Shown: piece after piece, positions 18,596 to 29,200 of the stretch
Layout: every line of letters starts with the position of its first letter
How positions within the stretch are numbered: position 1 is the stretch's first letter
Assembly: GCA_965197905.1 (NCBI GenBank)
Contig: CBDAOB010000003.1
Span: forward strand, 576,001-640,000
Length of the DNA stretch: 64,000 nt
Source: Candidatus Latescibacterota bacterium
Lineage (GTDB): Bacteria > Latescibacterota > UBA2968 > UBA8231
Reading direction: 5' to 3'
Position numbers and translations under genes: made by a program
The notes under the pieces: generated by a model
Seen by the model: only the letters and a program-made list of their open reading frames with translations
Told to the model about the DNA's origin: nothing
Databases searched by the model: none

Positions 18596-19774
18596 GTGAC
18601 CGTTGCGCCTACTCCCAACCTCAACCGCACCATCGCCTACTTTCTCGCCTTCGCCGTATTCGGCCTGGGTTCCGCCTCGCTCGGTCCCACCCTGTCTGCA
18701 CTGGCCGACCAAACCGACAGCCATCTGAATGCCATAAGCAGCTTGTTCGTCAGCCGGTCGTTGGGATATCTGCTGGGGATCTTCCTTTCGAGCCGACTTT
18801 ACGATCGAATCGCGGCCCACCCTTTGATGGCCCTGGGAATCGCTGTGGAAGCAGCGGTCCTGGCGGCGGTGCCATTGTGCCCGTCTGTCGCGACTCTGGC
18901 GGTAGCTATGGTTGTGATGGGTGTGGCGGAGGGGACGATCGAGGTGGGCGGCAACTCGTTGTTGGTGCGCAATCACACCCACAACCTCGCCCCGTATATG
19001 AACGGCTTGCATTTCTTCTTCGGTGTCGGTGCGTTCGTTTCGCCTCTGGTGGTCGCCCAGGCGATCGGAATCACCGGCGGCATCGCGTGGGCATACTGGG
19101 CGCTCGCGGCCATTACGCTGCCTGCGGGATTGTGGATCCTGACCCTGGCGAGCCCGGCGTCGGCGCCCGAGCCGGTATCGCCGGCTTCGAACGAGCCACG
19201 CACACTCACCCCATGGCCCACGGTAGTTCTGGTGGCAGCTTGTTTCTTCGTTTTCGTTGGCGCCGAGGTCGGCCTGTCGGGATGGATCTATACCTACGCC
19301 TACGAGATGAATCTGGCGAGCAAGACCACCGCCGCGTACCTGACCTCGGTATTTTGGGCAGCATTTACCTTTGGCAGGCTGCTCGCCATCCCGCTCTCCC
19401 GGAGAATTGAACCGCAGGTGATGCTGGCAGCCGACATCGTGGGGGCCGCCCTCAGCATCGGCATTATTCTATTGCTTCCAGGTTCGGTCTGGGTGCTGTG
19501 GATGGCCACCTTGGTAGCCGGCCTCTCAATGGCTTCCATGTTTGCCTCCCTGTTGACTCTGGCCCAAAGCCGGATGCCCTGGAGCGCGCGGATTTCAGGT
19601 TGGTTCTTCATCGGTTCGAGCCTTGGCGCCATGGCCGTGCCCTGGATTATAGGGCAACTGTTCGAAGCGTGGGGCGCCCACAGCACCATGATCGTGCTGC
19701 TGGCAGACCTGGGACTGGCGCTCGCCGTGTTTGCATTCGCTGTGCAGATCCCTGAACAAGCTTGCGCCTGTTGA
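18596..19774 (+). CDS. MFS transporter (FucP/TsgA-like)
   Basis: About 12 TM, LGPTL, MNGLHFFFGVGAFVSP, VGAE, FWAAFTFGR. Confidence 0.88.
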   Translation: MTVAPTPNLNRTIAYFLAFAVFGLGSASLGPTLSALADQTDSHLNAISSLFVSRSLGYLLGIFLSSRLYDRIAAHPLMALGIAVEAAVLAAVPLCPSVATLAVAMVVMGVAEGTIEVGGNSLLVRNHTHNLAPYMNGLHFFFGVGAFVSPLVVAQAIGITGGIAWAYWALAAITLPAGLWILTLASPASAPEPVSPASNEPRTLTPWPTVVLVAACFFVFVGAEVGLSGWIYTYAYEMNLASKTTAAYLTSVFWAAFTFGRLLAIPLSRRIEPQVMLAADIVGAALSIGIILLLPGSVWVLWMATLVAGLSMASMFASLLTLAQSRMPWSARISGWFFIGSSLGAMAVPWIIGQLFEAWGAHSTMIVLLADLGLALAVFAFAVQIPEQACAC

Positions 19775-19908
19775 CAGGTAGCCTATCGAACAAAGCCAGC
19801 ACTCGACGCAATTTGGGTCGCGAATTGCGTTGTCTTCGTCGATGCATCAGTTTGCTCCGTGTATCTATCTACACCGAAGCTTGAACCGACTCAGAAAGAG
19901 CGCCGAAT

Positions 19909-21087
19909 ATGAAGATTACCAAGATTGATTGTCATGTCCTTCTGGTTCCCGATTTCGACTCCGAAGCGTGCAGCTCCGCCCAAGATGATCTGGTCGTGGT
20001 GGTACACACCGACGACGGTTTGGTGGGCATCGGCGAAACCGATACCAATCCATGGATTGCCCGGGCCTGCATCCGCGCCCGGGGCACCCATTGTATGGGT
20101 CTTGGGCTCGAAGAGATGTTGATCGGCGCAGATCCTCTACAGCCCGAGGCGATTTGGCAGAAGATTTACTCCGGCTCCAAAATGACCGGCCGCCGGGGCG
20201 CGCTCATCTGCGCCATGGGCGCCATCGACATGGCTCTCTGGGACATCCGCGGCCAGGCCCTCGACGAGCCGATTTACCAGCTATTGGGTGGCCCGGTAAA
20301 GGAGCATATCACACCGTATGCCAGCCTCTTACCCGCCGGCCGCTCGGTGGCAGAATGCCGCGACAGCCTGGTGCATAAAGCGGCTTCGGCACGACAACGC
20401 GGTTTCCGCGCCGGCAAGATGGAGGTGTGTATCAAGGGCCCGTACACCCACAACGCGGTTGTCGGCACCGACGAGCAGATCGTCGAAACCGTAGCCGCCT
20501 GCCGCGAAGCGGTAGGTCCCGACTTCGAGCTGATGGTTGACGTCGCCTACTGCTGGTCCAATGCAAAAGAGGCGCTGCGGGTGCTGCAGCGATTGGAACC
20601 GTATGACATCTTTTTCGTGGAAACGCCGATCGACATCGACGATCTTGCCGGTTACGCCCAGCTGGCGTCGCGCTCGCCTATCCGCATCGCCGCCGGTGAA
20701 TGGCAGAACACCCACTGGGAATTCCTCGACCTGGCGGACCGGGGAAAGGTCGACGTGCTGCAGCCGGACGTGGGGCGGGTCGGTGGTTTCACGGAAGCCC
20801 GGAAGGTGCGCGATATCGCTGCGGACCGCGGGCGGCTGATCGTGCCCCACTGCTGGAAGAGCGGTATCGGCATTGCCGCCAGCGCCCACCTCTGCGCCGC
20901 CAGCAGCTGCTGTCCGTTTATCGAGTTTCTGCCGGCAGAGCTATCCGAGAGCGCGTTGCGCCGGGAATTGGTCGCTGAAGAGCTGGCGATGGAGAACGGC
21001 CTTCTGGCGCTTCCCCAACGAGCGGGCCTGGGGGTCGAGCTCAACCTCGAAGCGTTGGAAAAATACGAGGTCGACCCCGAGGTCTGA
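19909..21087 (+). CDS. Mandelate racemase/muconate lactonizing enzyme family (sugar acid dehydratase-like)
   Basis: GAIDMALWDIRG, PIYQLLGG, LMVD, FVETP, AAGE, QPD, PHCW, GLGVEL. Confidence 0.92.
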   Translation: MKITKIDCHVLLVPDFDSEACSSAQDDLVVVVHTDDGLVGIGETDTNPWIARACIRARGTHCMGLGLEEMLIGADPLQPEAIWQKIYSGSKMTGRRGALICAMGAIDMALWDIRGQALDEPIYQLLGGPVKEHITPYASLLPAGRSVAECRDSLVHKAASARQRGFRAGKMEVCIKGPYTHNAVVGTDEQIVETVAACREAVGPDFELMVDVAYCWSNAKEALRVLQRLEPYDIFFVETPIDIDDLAGYAQLASRSPIRIAAGEWQNTHWEFLDLADRGKVDVLQPDVGRVGGFTEARKVRDIAADRGRLIVPHCWKSGIGIAASAHLCAASSCCPFIEFLPAELSESALRRELVAEELAMENGLLALPQRAGLGVELNLEALEKYEVDPEV

Positions 21088-21276
21088 TCGTCGTCGTCGC
21101 TTGGAGCCTCCCATAGTGGCCTGTCGCGGAAATAGCTTATGGAATTCGGGGGCCGAGGCGCCCTGCCCGCAAGGCGCCTGAGCGAGCCGTACTGGTCGAG
21201 TACGGCGAGCCAAGGCAACGCCACGGGTCGGGATAGATCGGCGTCCGAAAACGCAATGTATTGCTGCGACAGGACA

Positions 21277-22074
21277 CTAGTACCCGGCGAGGTTTTCGCG
21301 CAGGTAGGCGGCCGCCAGGCGCACCTGTTCGATCCGGTCTTCCGCTTGCCCTTCGTAGACGATCGAGATACAGCCGTTGTAGTTGGCCGCCTTCAGGATC
21401 GGCAGGATGCGATCGTAATCTATCCACTGCTCGACCCCGCTCTCGATCTCGTAGAATTTGGTGCGCACGTATAGGGCATGGGGCATCACCTGCTCCATGA
21501 AGGCGTAAAAGTCCACGTCCCGCGGATCCTCGTCCCGCGGATAGCCGCCGGGAGACCCGATCCATTGCCCTGTGTCCATGATGAAGTTGAAGTTCTCGCG
21601 GTCGGTTTCGCGGCGAATGCGCAGCATGTCATCACCTGTGGAAGGGTGATTCTGCAGCCCCACCGAGATCCCTTTGGGAGCGGCGTAATCTGCTGCCTCC
21701 TGGTAACCGGCGATCATCGACGGCCAGGGATCATTGCCATTCTCGTCTTTTTCCGGAATTCGGCCACAGAATACCCGGACTATCGGCGACCCCAGAAACA
21801 GCGCCAGATCCGTCGCGCTTTTGAACAGATCGAGGGACTCCTGGCGTTGCGTTGAATCACCCCCGAAACCGATGCTGCAGCCGATGTATCCAATCGGCAG
21901 GCCGTAGCGCAAACAGGTCCGTTTGATATTGGATAGGTAGGCCGGTTCGGATGAGGTGAAACCGCGAAAGTGGAAATCGACACAGTCCAGCCTGAGGTCG
22001 CGTGCGGTCTCAAGAAACACCTCGATGGGGGTCTTCTTTTCCAGGCTTAGCAGATTGGTTCCGATCTTTATCAT
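21277..22074 (-). CDS. Sugar phosphate isomerase/epimerase (xylose isomerase-like TIM barrel)
   Basis: VRVFCG, GLQNH, MDTG, YNGCISIVYEG. Confidence 0.85.
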   Translation of the reverse strand: MIKIGTNLLSLEKKTPIEVFLETARDLRLDCVDFHFRGFTSSEPAYLSNIKRTCLRYGLPIGYIGCSIGFGGDSTQRQESLDLFKSATDLALFLGSPIVRVFCGRIPEKDENGNDPWPSMIAGYQEAADYAAPKGISVGLQNHPSTGDDMLRIRRETDRENFNFIMDTGQWIGSPGGYPRDEDPRDVDFYAFMEQVMPHALYVRTKFYEIESGVEQWIDYDRILPILKAANYNGCISIVYEGQAEDRIEQVRLAAAYLRENLAGY

Positions 22075-22116
22075 GGTTCGGTTGTCCCTTCGCTTACGTC
22101 TTTAGGCGTGCCATCG

Positions 22117-23082
22117 TTAGACGGCAACATTGTTGCGTGGGTGTCCCTCGAGGAACGCAATAACGTTGTTGACCGCCCCTTCGTTCAGGAGATCGATCCC
22201 TTCGGGAGTTTGATCGGCCAGGTGTGGCGTGAGGACGACCTGTTCGCAGGTCTTGATCGGATGTTCGCTGACGAATGGTTCCTCACTGAAAACGTCGAGC
22301 GCGGCACCGCCCAAATGTCCCCCCTGCAGGACCTCGGCCAGGGCGTCCAGGTCGAGAACGTCTCCGCGGGCGCCGTTGAGAAGAATAGCATCCGGCTTCA
22401 TGATCTCCAATTCCCGGCGCGATATCAGATTTCGAGTCTCCTCCGTCAGCGCCACGTTGAGGCTTACAACGTCTGCGGTTTCGAGCAGCCCGTCCAGGTC
22501 CACGAAGCGGACTCCAAGTCTTGCCGCACGTTCCGCGGAAGGCCGGAAGGTCCACGCGATCACCTCCATGCCGATGGCGTTGCCCAGGCGAGCCAGCTCG
22601 GCGCCCACATTTCCGGTGCCCACGATCCCCAACACCTTGCGCTGCAGGGTGATATTCATACGACTGGTCCAGCGATCGGATCTGAGCTCGGCGGTTTGAA
22701 AAGCCGCGCGTTTGGCAACGGCGAACATCAAACCGAACATGTGCTCGGCGACCACCGGCGCGGTACGTCCCGGCTGATTCGACACCACGATGCCGAGCTC
22801 TCGCGCGACGTCGAGATCGATCATATCGGTGCCGATGGAGCAGGTGGCGATCATCTTCAAGCGGGGCAGGGCGCGCAGCTCCGGCTCACGCCAGGAAACC
22901 GCGCCGCGCGAATTGATTATTACATCGCAGTCCCGTGCTCGTTCCAGCTTGTCGGCTGCATCGACCGGCCGGTTCTCGAAGACGTTTACATCGCCGCACG
23001 CTTCCAATCGCGTCAGGTGTTTCGAACCGGCGATCTGTAGCGGCTCGTCACCTGGAACCACGATCCTTATTCTGTCTGGCAT
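22117..23082 (-). CDS. D-isomer specific 2-hydroxyacid dehydrogenase
   Basis: GTDMIDL, VAEH, LGIVGTGNVG, NGARG, AALDVFSEEP, LTPHLA. Confidence 0.92.
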   Translation of the reverse strand: MPDRIRIVVPGDEPLQIAGSKHLTRLEACGDVNVFENRPVDAADKLERARDCDVIINSRGAVSWREPELRALPRLKMIATCSIGTDMIDLDVARELGIVVSNQPGRTAPVVAEHMFGLMFAVAKRAAFQTAELRSDRWTSRMNITLQRKVLGIVGTGNVGAELARLGNAIGMEVIAWTFRPSAERAARLGVRFVDLDGLLETADVVSLNVALTEETRNLISRRELEIMKPDAILLNGARGDVLDLDALAEVLQGGHLGGAALDVFSEEPFVSEHPIKTCEQVVLTPHLADQTPEGIDLLNEGAVNNVIAFLEGHPRNNVAV

Positions 23083-23155
23083 AGTCCTCCCGTGACCGAT
23101 CAGGTAACTTGGAGGAGCCGGCCGTCAGATGCAAGTGGGTTGTGGGTTGGAAGCT

Positions 23156-23389
23156 CTATCGCGCCGGGGTCAGACTGTCGGCCTTTTTCACGGACCCGTA
23201 CTCGTCAATCTCCAGATTCACCGCTTCGAACGTCAGTTCGATAGCGCCGTGCTTCTTCTGCAGATAGACGATGGGAGCAAGGCCGGGAAGAATGCTGGAG
23301 AACTCCGTACCGGGCATCTGATCACGGATTTCCCGGACCAGGTAATCTTTGTTGTCGGATACGTAATTGATCCATTCAGCGGGGTTCAT
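23156..23389 (-). CDS. Small hypothetical protein
   Basis: 77-aa ORF with RBS-like AAGGGA and protein-like composition, co-directional with downstream genes. Confidence 0.5.
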   Translation of the reverse strand: MNPAEWINYVSDNKDYLVREIRDQMPGTEFSSILPGLAPIVYLQKKHGAIELTFEAVNLEIDEYGSVKKADSLTPAR

Positions 23390-23751
23390 GTCCCTTGTCC
23401 TGCGTTGATGGCGCTGAATCCGCTCGATGATCTCGCGATGCCCGCATGTGCCGCCCCAATAGTTGGACGTGAGTTTTCATAGTGCGGTTCCACAATCATC
23501 TCGAAATTCAGGGTAGCCTCAAGCCCTTTTTCTATTTTGCTTTGCACGACCTTCGAGTGGCGGATAAAACTCATTGCTCTTGTGCCAATTCTCTGGCACT
23601 TTTATCGGAATATCTTTTGCTGACCAGCCACGTATCAAGCTATTCCAGGCATCTCGCAGGTGACAACGATCACGGTCGAGTCGTCCCCATCGATTGGACC
23701 CGATGCCCAAGTTTTTCGTAGTTTTGGCGCCTACTTCGATCGAGAGCTTCC

Positions 23752-24702
23752 ATGGCAGCTGAAATCAGCAAAGACTTCATCAAATCACTCAGAAAAATTC
23801 CGATATTCAAGGATTTGTCGCCCAGCCAATCCAGGGATGTGCTCGGCATTTGTAAACTTCGGGAGTTCGCGGTAGGAGACATCGTTTGTACGCGCAACTC
23901 CACCAGCGAAGAGATGTTCATCCTGGTCTCGGGCGAGCTTGCGGTTCTCAGTGAAGACGGTGTCGTGCTCGCCGATCTGCATCCGGTCACCACGGTGGGA
24001 GAAATGGGTTTGATTACACGGCAGGGTCGCTCGGCGCAGGTCGAGGCTGTAAAACCTTCGAAGGCGATGGTTATCGAGCGCCGTCCGTTCAACGCCCTGC
24101 TGAAGAGTGATGAAAATATCAAATTGAAGGTCTACCACAGCGTCGTAGAAGAGCTGTCGAGCAAGATCGTCAATGACAATGTTCGGACCCGAGACCATCT
24201 GTTGCAGAGGGTGAGGTCTGAGGAGAAGATTTTCGAATTCCGCAAGAAGCTCGAGTTCGTCTTGGATTTGCTGATGGAGTACGCCCAACTTTCGCGCGCT
24301 GAGGCCCAAAAAATCATCGACGAAATCTTCGAAGACACCACGCTGTCCATTCTTATCGTGGACGACGAACCTGCAATACGCGAGTTCGTGAAGGGCGCGC
24401 TCACCGATTATAAGATCCTGGAGGCCCGCAACGGCGAGGAAGCCATGACCGTGGTAAAAGCAGTGGAGCCGGACCTGGTTATTACCGACATCCGGATGCC
24501 GCGTATGGACGGATACGAGCTCGCCAATCGGCTCCGCGAAGAGCGACCGGAGCTGCCGGTGGTGGCACTTTCCGGGGTAGTAAAGAAGGAGGACACCCAG
24601 GGCCACAATTTCGTGGATTTTATCGACAAGCCGATGCGACTGGAAGATTTTCGTAGAGCCATTGAACTTGCCCTCGGCCAAGAGGAAGATTCCAGCGAGT
24701 AG
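23752..24702 (+). CDS. cNMP-binding domain plus response-regulator receiver protein
   Basis: IPIFKDLS, MFILVSGEL, VGEMG...RSA, then ILIVDDE, DLVITDIRMPRMDG, DKP. Confidence 0.9.
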   Translation: MAAEISKDFIKSLRKIPIFKDLSPSQSRDVLGICKLREFAVGDIVCTRNSTSEEMFILVSGELAVLSEDGVVLADLHPVTTVGEMGLITRQGRSAQVEAVKPSKAMVIERRPFNALLKSDENIKLKVYHSVVEELSSKIVNDNVRTRDHLLQRVRSEEKIFEFRKKLEFVLDLLMEYAQLSRAEAQKIIDEIFEDTTLSILIVDDEPAIREFVKGALTDYKILEARNGEEAMTVVKAVEPDLVITDIRMPRMDGYELANRLREERPELPVVALSGVVKKEDTQGHNFVDFIDKPMRLEDFRRAIELALGQEEDSSE

Positions 24703-24723
24703 GTTTGCCGTGCGAGGGCGCTC

Positions 24724-25551
24724 GTGATGATCGACGCAGCCCTGCGCTCGACGGTCGAACGCTGGCTGGAGTCCCACCTCAACGTCGAACTTTCCCGCTG
24801 TGGCATAGAAACCATCCCCGTGGTGGCGGTGCCGGATCCGGCGTTCGAGCTCAGGGCTATTCGGTTCGGTGACAGGCACCTGGTCGTCGCCCGCGACTCC
24901 TGGACACCGCAGTTACAGCAGGTCTGCGCGACTCTGGAACCGGATCTGCTGTTCTCGGTCTTCGGGGCATACGAGCTCGGTCGAGTCGCGGTTCCCCGCG
25001 GTTTCGGAATCTGGGGTCCCACATGGTGGCTCTTTGCCGATGAATCATCGTGGCGCCCTCGAGTTGATCACCAGGTGGCGTCGTTGTCTGCCGAACAGTG
25101 TTCCCAGATCGATTTCGGGATCTTCTGGCATTGCTATCCCGCTGATGAACGTGTGGCTTCGTTTGGCATATACCGCGACGATCGACTGGTAGCCCTGGCC
25201 ACCGTGCGAGATCGAGGGCAGCCGTTTATGGAGATCGGTGTCGATGTCGTCCGCGGGCAGCAGACGCGAGGATTGGGGTCGTCGGTGATCTCTGCGGCCG
25301 GCAACTGGATACTGGACCAGGGTCACTTGCCGGTGGCTTCGGTTGGTCCGTTCAACGTGCCCTCCACGCGTGCTCTGCGCAGCGTCGGACTGGCGTATGT
25401 ATTCAGCGATCTGGTCGCCGCCTCGGGATCCTTCAGGGTGCCACCCCAACCGCTGGGGAAACCAATTCCCGAAGCGGATCTGCTGGATTATTACCCCAGC
25501 TGGGCGATGAATCCCGACATCCGGCAGTGCCCGCACCGCCAGCCGGACTGA
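24724..25551 (+). CDS. GNAT-family acetyltransferase-like protein
   Basis: EIGVDV..GQQTRGLGSSV, NVPS.RALRSVG. Confidence 0.7.
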   Translation: MMIDAALRSTVERWLESHLNVELSRCGIETIPVVAVPDPAFELRAIRFGDRHLVVARDSWTPQLQQVCATLEPDLLFSVFGAYELGRVAVPRGFGIWGPTWWLFADESSWRPRVDHQVASLSAEQCSQIDFGIFWHCYPADERVASFGIYRDDRLVALATVRDRGQPFMEIGVDVVRGQQTRGLGSSVISAAGNWILDQGHLPVASVGPFNVPSTRALRSVGLAYVFSDLVAASGSFRVPPQPLGKPIPEADLLDYYPSWAMNPDIRQCPHRQPD

Positions 25552-25672
25552 GCCGACGTCCCACCTTTCCCGGGCCTGAGGGTCCTCCCATCTGGCGCTG
25601 GCGCGCGCCTGCCCATTGAGTACCTTCGCCCGTCGACCCCGACTTCCACACCTACGAAGGAGAGTACCAACC

Positions 25673-26152
25673 ATGCTCGCTCGCACTAGCCGCATTTCTG
25701 CCTGGATCGCCGCGCTGCCATTTACCCTTCTGTTCGCCGCCGCCGACCTGCAAGCCCACTGCCAGGTTCCGTGCGGCATATATGATGACGATGCCCGCGT
25801 CACCCAGCTCCGGGAAGATGCCACGACGATCGGCAAGGCGATCGTCAAGATTGGCGAGTTGGCCGGCAAACAGGACGCACAGTCCGCGAACCAGCTCGCG
25901 CGATGGGTTGCCAACAAGGAGAAACACGCGGCCAATATCATCGAGGTTGTGGCGGAGTATTTTCTCGCGCAGCGCGTCAAGCCCGTCGCCGAGGGCGCCA
26001 ATGGTCACGGGGCCTACCTGGAGAAACTGGGAGATCACCACGCGGTCATTGTCGCCGCGATGAAAACGAAACAGACGGGGGAGGACGGCACCGTCGACGC
26101 CCTGAACGCCGCCCTCGACGTGCTCGGCTCGCACTACAAACCCGATCACTAA
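25673..26152 (+). CDS. sodN: Nickel superoxide dismutase with signal peptide
   Basis: Ni-hook HCQVPCGIYDD directly after the hydrophobic leader ending LQA, NQLARWV.NKEKHA, YFLAQRVKP. RBS AAGGAG. Confidence 0.92.
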   Translation: MLARTSRISAWIAALPFTLLFAAADLQAHCQVPCGIYDDDARVTQLREDATTIGKAIVKIGELAGKQDAQSANQLARWVANKEKHAANIIEVVAEYFLAQRVKPVAEGANGHGAYLEKLGDHHAVIVAAMKTKQTGEDGTVDALNAALDVLGSHYKPDH

Positions 26153-26171
26153 GGGCGCTGGAAAAGCTCCA

Positions 26172-26205
26172 TTGACTTCGACTTTGAATAGTATACATTT
26201 GTGCA
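26172..26205 (+). promoter_or_regulatory. Sigma70-like promoter with overlapping candidate LexA (SOS) box
   Basis: TTGACT-N16-TACATT. TATAC-ATTT-GTGCA at 26192-26205 overlaps the -10, upstream of dnaE2. Confidence 0.5.
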
Positions 26206-26247
26206 GGTATCGGCAGCGAGCCGAGACCGGGTCGACTGAAAGAAGAG

Positions 26248-29200
26248 GTGGAGCTCTTGGGTTTCGTTTCCCTTCATTGTCACTCCGTATTCTCTTTCCA
26301 CGCGGGGGTTTGCACCGTTCCGGAGTTGGTGGACAGGGCCAGAGTGCTCGGCATGCGAGCCCTGGCTCTGACCGATACCAACCGCATGAGCGGGCTTATT
26401 CAGTTCTATCTAGAATGTCGCCGTCAAGGTCTGAAGCCGATACTCGGGGTGGAGCTCACGGCGCCGGAGCAACCGGAGGAACACGTCGTGCTCCTGGCGC
26501 GAAACGCCAGGGGGTATGGCGATCTCTGCGAAATCGTCACCCGGCGCCAGCTGGATCCGTCAAGCTTCGCGTTGCGCGAAACCTTTGCCCGGCCCTGGCC
26601 CGATCTCGTATTGCTGACCGCCTCGCCCTGCCTGCTGGAGGTTCTGCATAGGTCGCCGAATCGTTCCCGCCTGTATGGCGAAATCGTGCGCAATTCGCCG
26701 GCTACGAGAGCTCGCGGACGCGAGCTCCAGCGCACTGCCGACACCCTCGGTGTCCCCCTTGTCGCGTCCAACGACACCTACTTTCTGGAACCGTCCGACC
26801 GCGAGATCCACAAAACCCTGCGCGCCATCGGCCTGAACGCTACGATCTCCCGGCTACGGGAGGAAGAGCTGCAGCCGGCTCACGCCTATTTGAAATCACC
26901 CCACGAGATGGGGCGCATCTTCGCCGACCGTCCGGAGACGATCGCACGCACCCAATGCGTGGCCGACCTTTGCGACGTTCGTCTCGATCTGGGCGAATGG
27001 AAACTGCCTACCATCGCGGTCCCTGCCGGGTTCACCCCCGAGTCGTATCTGCAGAAGCTGGCCGACGAAGGTCTGCGGGCGAACTACGCCGGGTCGGAGC
27101 AGTACGAACGAGCTAGGTCGGTACAGGAAATGGAGCTGGAGGTGATCTCGAAACTGGGGTACGCCTCTTATTTTCTCTTCGTCAAAACGATTCGCGATTG
27201 GGGCAATCGCCGCTTCCGCTCGACCTACCGCAAGCCGGAAGACTGCACCATCCTCCGCGGCAGCGCCGCTAATTCCATCACCTTCTACAACATCGGCGTC
27301 AGCGATCTCGATCCGATTCGCTACGACCTGTATTTCCAGCGGTTTCTCAACGAAGACCGGGCATCCCCCCCGGACGCTGACCTCGACTTCGCATGGGACG
27401 AACGCGAGGAGGTGTACGACTATATGGTGGACACCTGGGGTCAGGACCGGGTCGCCGTCACCTGCACGACCAACCATTTTCGCCAGCGCGCCGCCTTTCG
27501 CGAAACCGCCAAGGTTTTCGGCTACAGCGAAGAGCAGATTTCAGCCATCCTAAAGAGCCACAGCTCGCTCACCAGGAAGATCCACGACCGAGAAATCGAC
27601 GAGATCTTCGCCGTTGCCGAGCGGATCGTCGGCAAGCCCCGTTTCTTGGGGCAGCACCCGGGCGGGGTGATCATCACCAACGAGCCGATCTGGCGCCACG
27701 TCGCCTGCGAATTTTCGAGCGGCGAGAAGAACCGCATGATCACGCAGATCGACATGCACAACGGCATCGATGAGCTGGGCCTCATCAAGTTCGACATTCT
27801 CGGCAACGGCTCTCTCGCGGTCCTGCGCGATGCCCTAGCACAGCTCGAGGACCAAGGCATCGAGGATCCGCAGGTGTGGAACCTGGAGAAATGCTACTCC
27901 GACCCGCAGGTTCGCGGCATCCTCAAGAGCGGACGGACGCGGGGCATATTCTACATCGAAAGCCCCGCCCAAATCAGGCTGAACCAGAAAGCTCGGGCGC
28001 AGACGTTCGAGGAGATCACCGTCACCTCAAGCCTCATTCGGCCGGCCGGAACCGCCTACACCCAGACCTACGTGGAGCGCCAGCGCAAAGCGACGCAGGG
28101 TGTGCGAGACTGGGAGTTCGTACATCCGTCTCTCGAATCGATCCTCGGCGAAACCCACGATGTGTGTGCCTTTCAAGAGGACGTAACGAAGATCTGCCAC
28201 CAGATCGCCGGACTCAGCTATAAGAAGGCCGACAAAATCAGGAAGATGATGAACAGCCTGCACGAAGGGGCTGTGCCGCCGGAGGAATGGGAGCGCACCC
28301 AGCGGGAGTTTCTCGACGGCTGCCGCCGCCACAACGGGCTCAACGAGGATCAGGCGGCCGAACTCTGGCAGCGCGTCAGCTCGTTCACCGGCTTCAGCTT
28401 CTGCAAATCCCACAGCGCCACCTATGCCCAGCTATCCTTTCAATGCGCCTACCTCAAGACGCGGTTTCCCGCCCAGTTCCTGGCCGCGGTCATCAGCAAC
28501 GGTCACGGTTTCTATAGGAAGGAAGTCTATCTGAACGAAGCGCGTCGATGGGGCGTGCGCATTCTGCCCCTCCACATCAATACCTCGCAGATTCGGTTCT
28601 ACGGCTGCAGCGACTGGATTCGACCCGGCTTGATGCACCTGCGCAATCTGAGACGCTCCAGTATGGAGACCGTGATCGAGGAACGGACCGAAGGGGGACC
28701 GTTCCTCGGCCTGGAGGATTTCGTCCGGCGAGTGCCTATCCACAGGCAGGAGATCGAGAATCTCGTGCTCGTCGGGGCGTTCGATGGTTTTGGGTTGACA
28801 CATCCGGAGTTGCTCTTCCAGCTGGACGGTCGCGGCTCAGCGGCGAACGGGAACCAGGTGGAGCTCCAGCTCTTCGATTCGGCGGCGCCCGGATTTCAGC
28901 GTGGTCTCATCGATTTCACCCTCACCGAGCGCTGCCTGAACGAGCTTCGCCTGCTGGGATATATGTTGTCCGGAAACATCCTTGACATCCTCGATCTTCA
29001 CCCCGCTTCCAAAGGAGCGGTGCCGACGCGGGAGATTCGGTCCCACGTGGGTCGGCGCATCAAGCTGTTCGGCTGGCCTATCACCGAGCGTGGTCATCGC
29101 GTCGCGCGCTCGCAACAGCTCATGATGTTCATCACCCTGGAGGACAAGACCGAGTGCGCCGACGTCATCCTGTGGCCCGACGTACTGGAGCGCTTCGGCG

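Noticed and set aside
23386..23710. Two short minus-strand ORFs (62 and 63 aa)
   Set aside because: No recognisable similarity, and they overlap a likely divergent promoter region. I cannot support them as genes.
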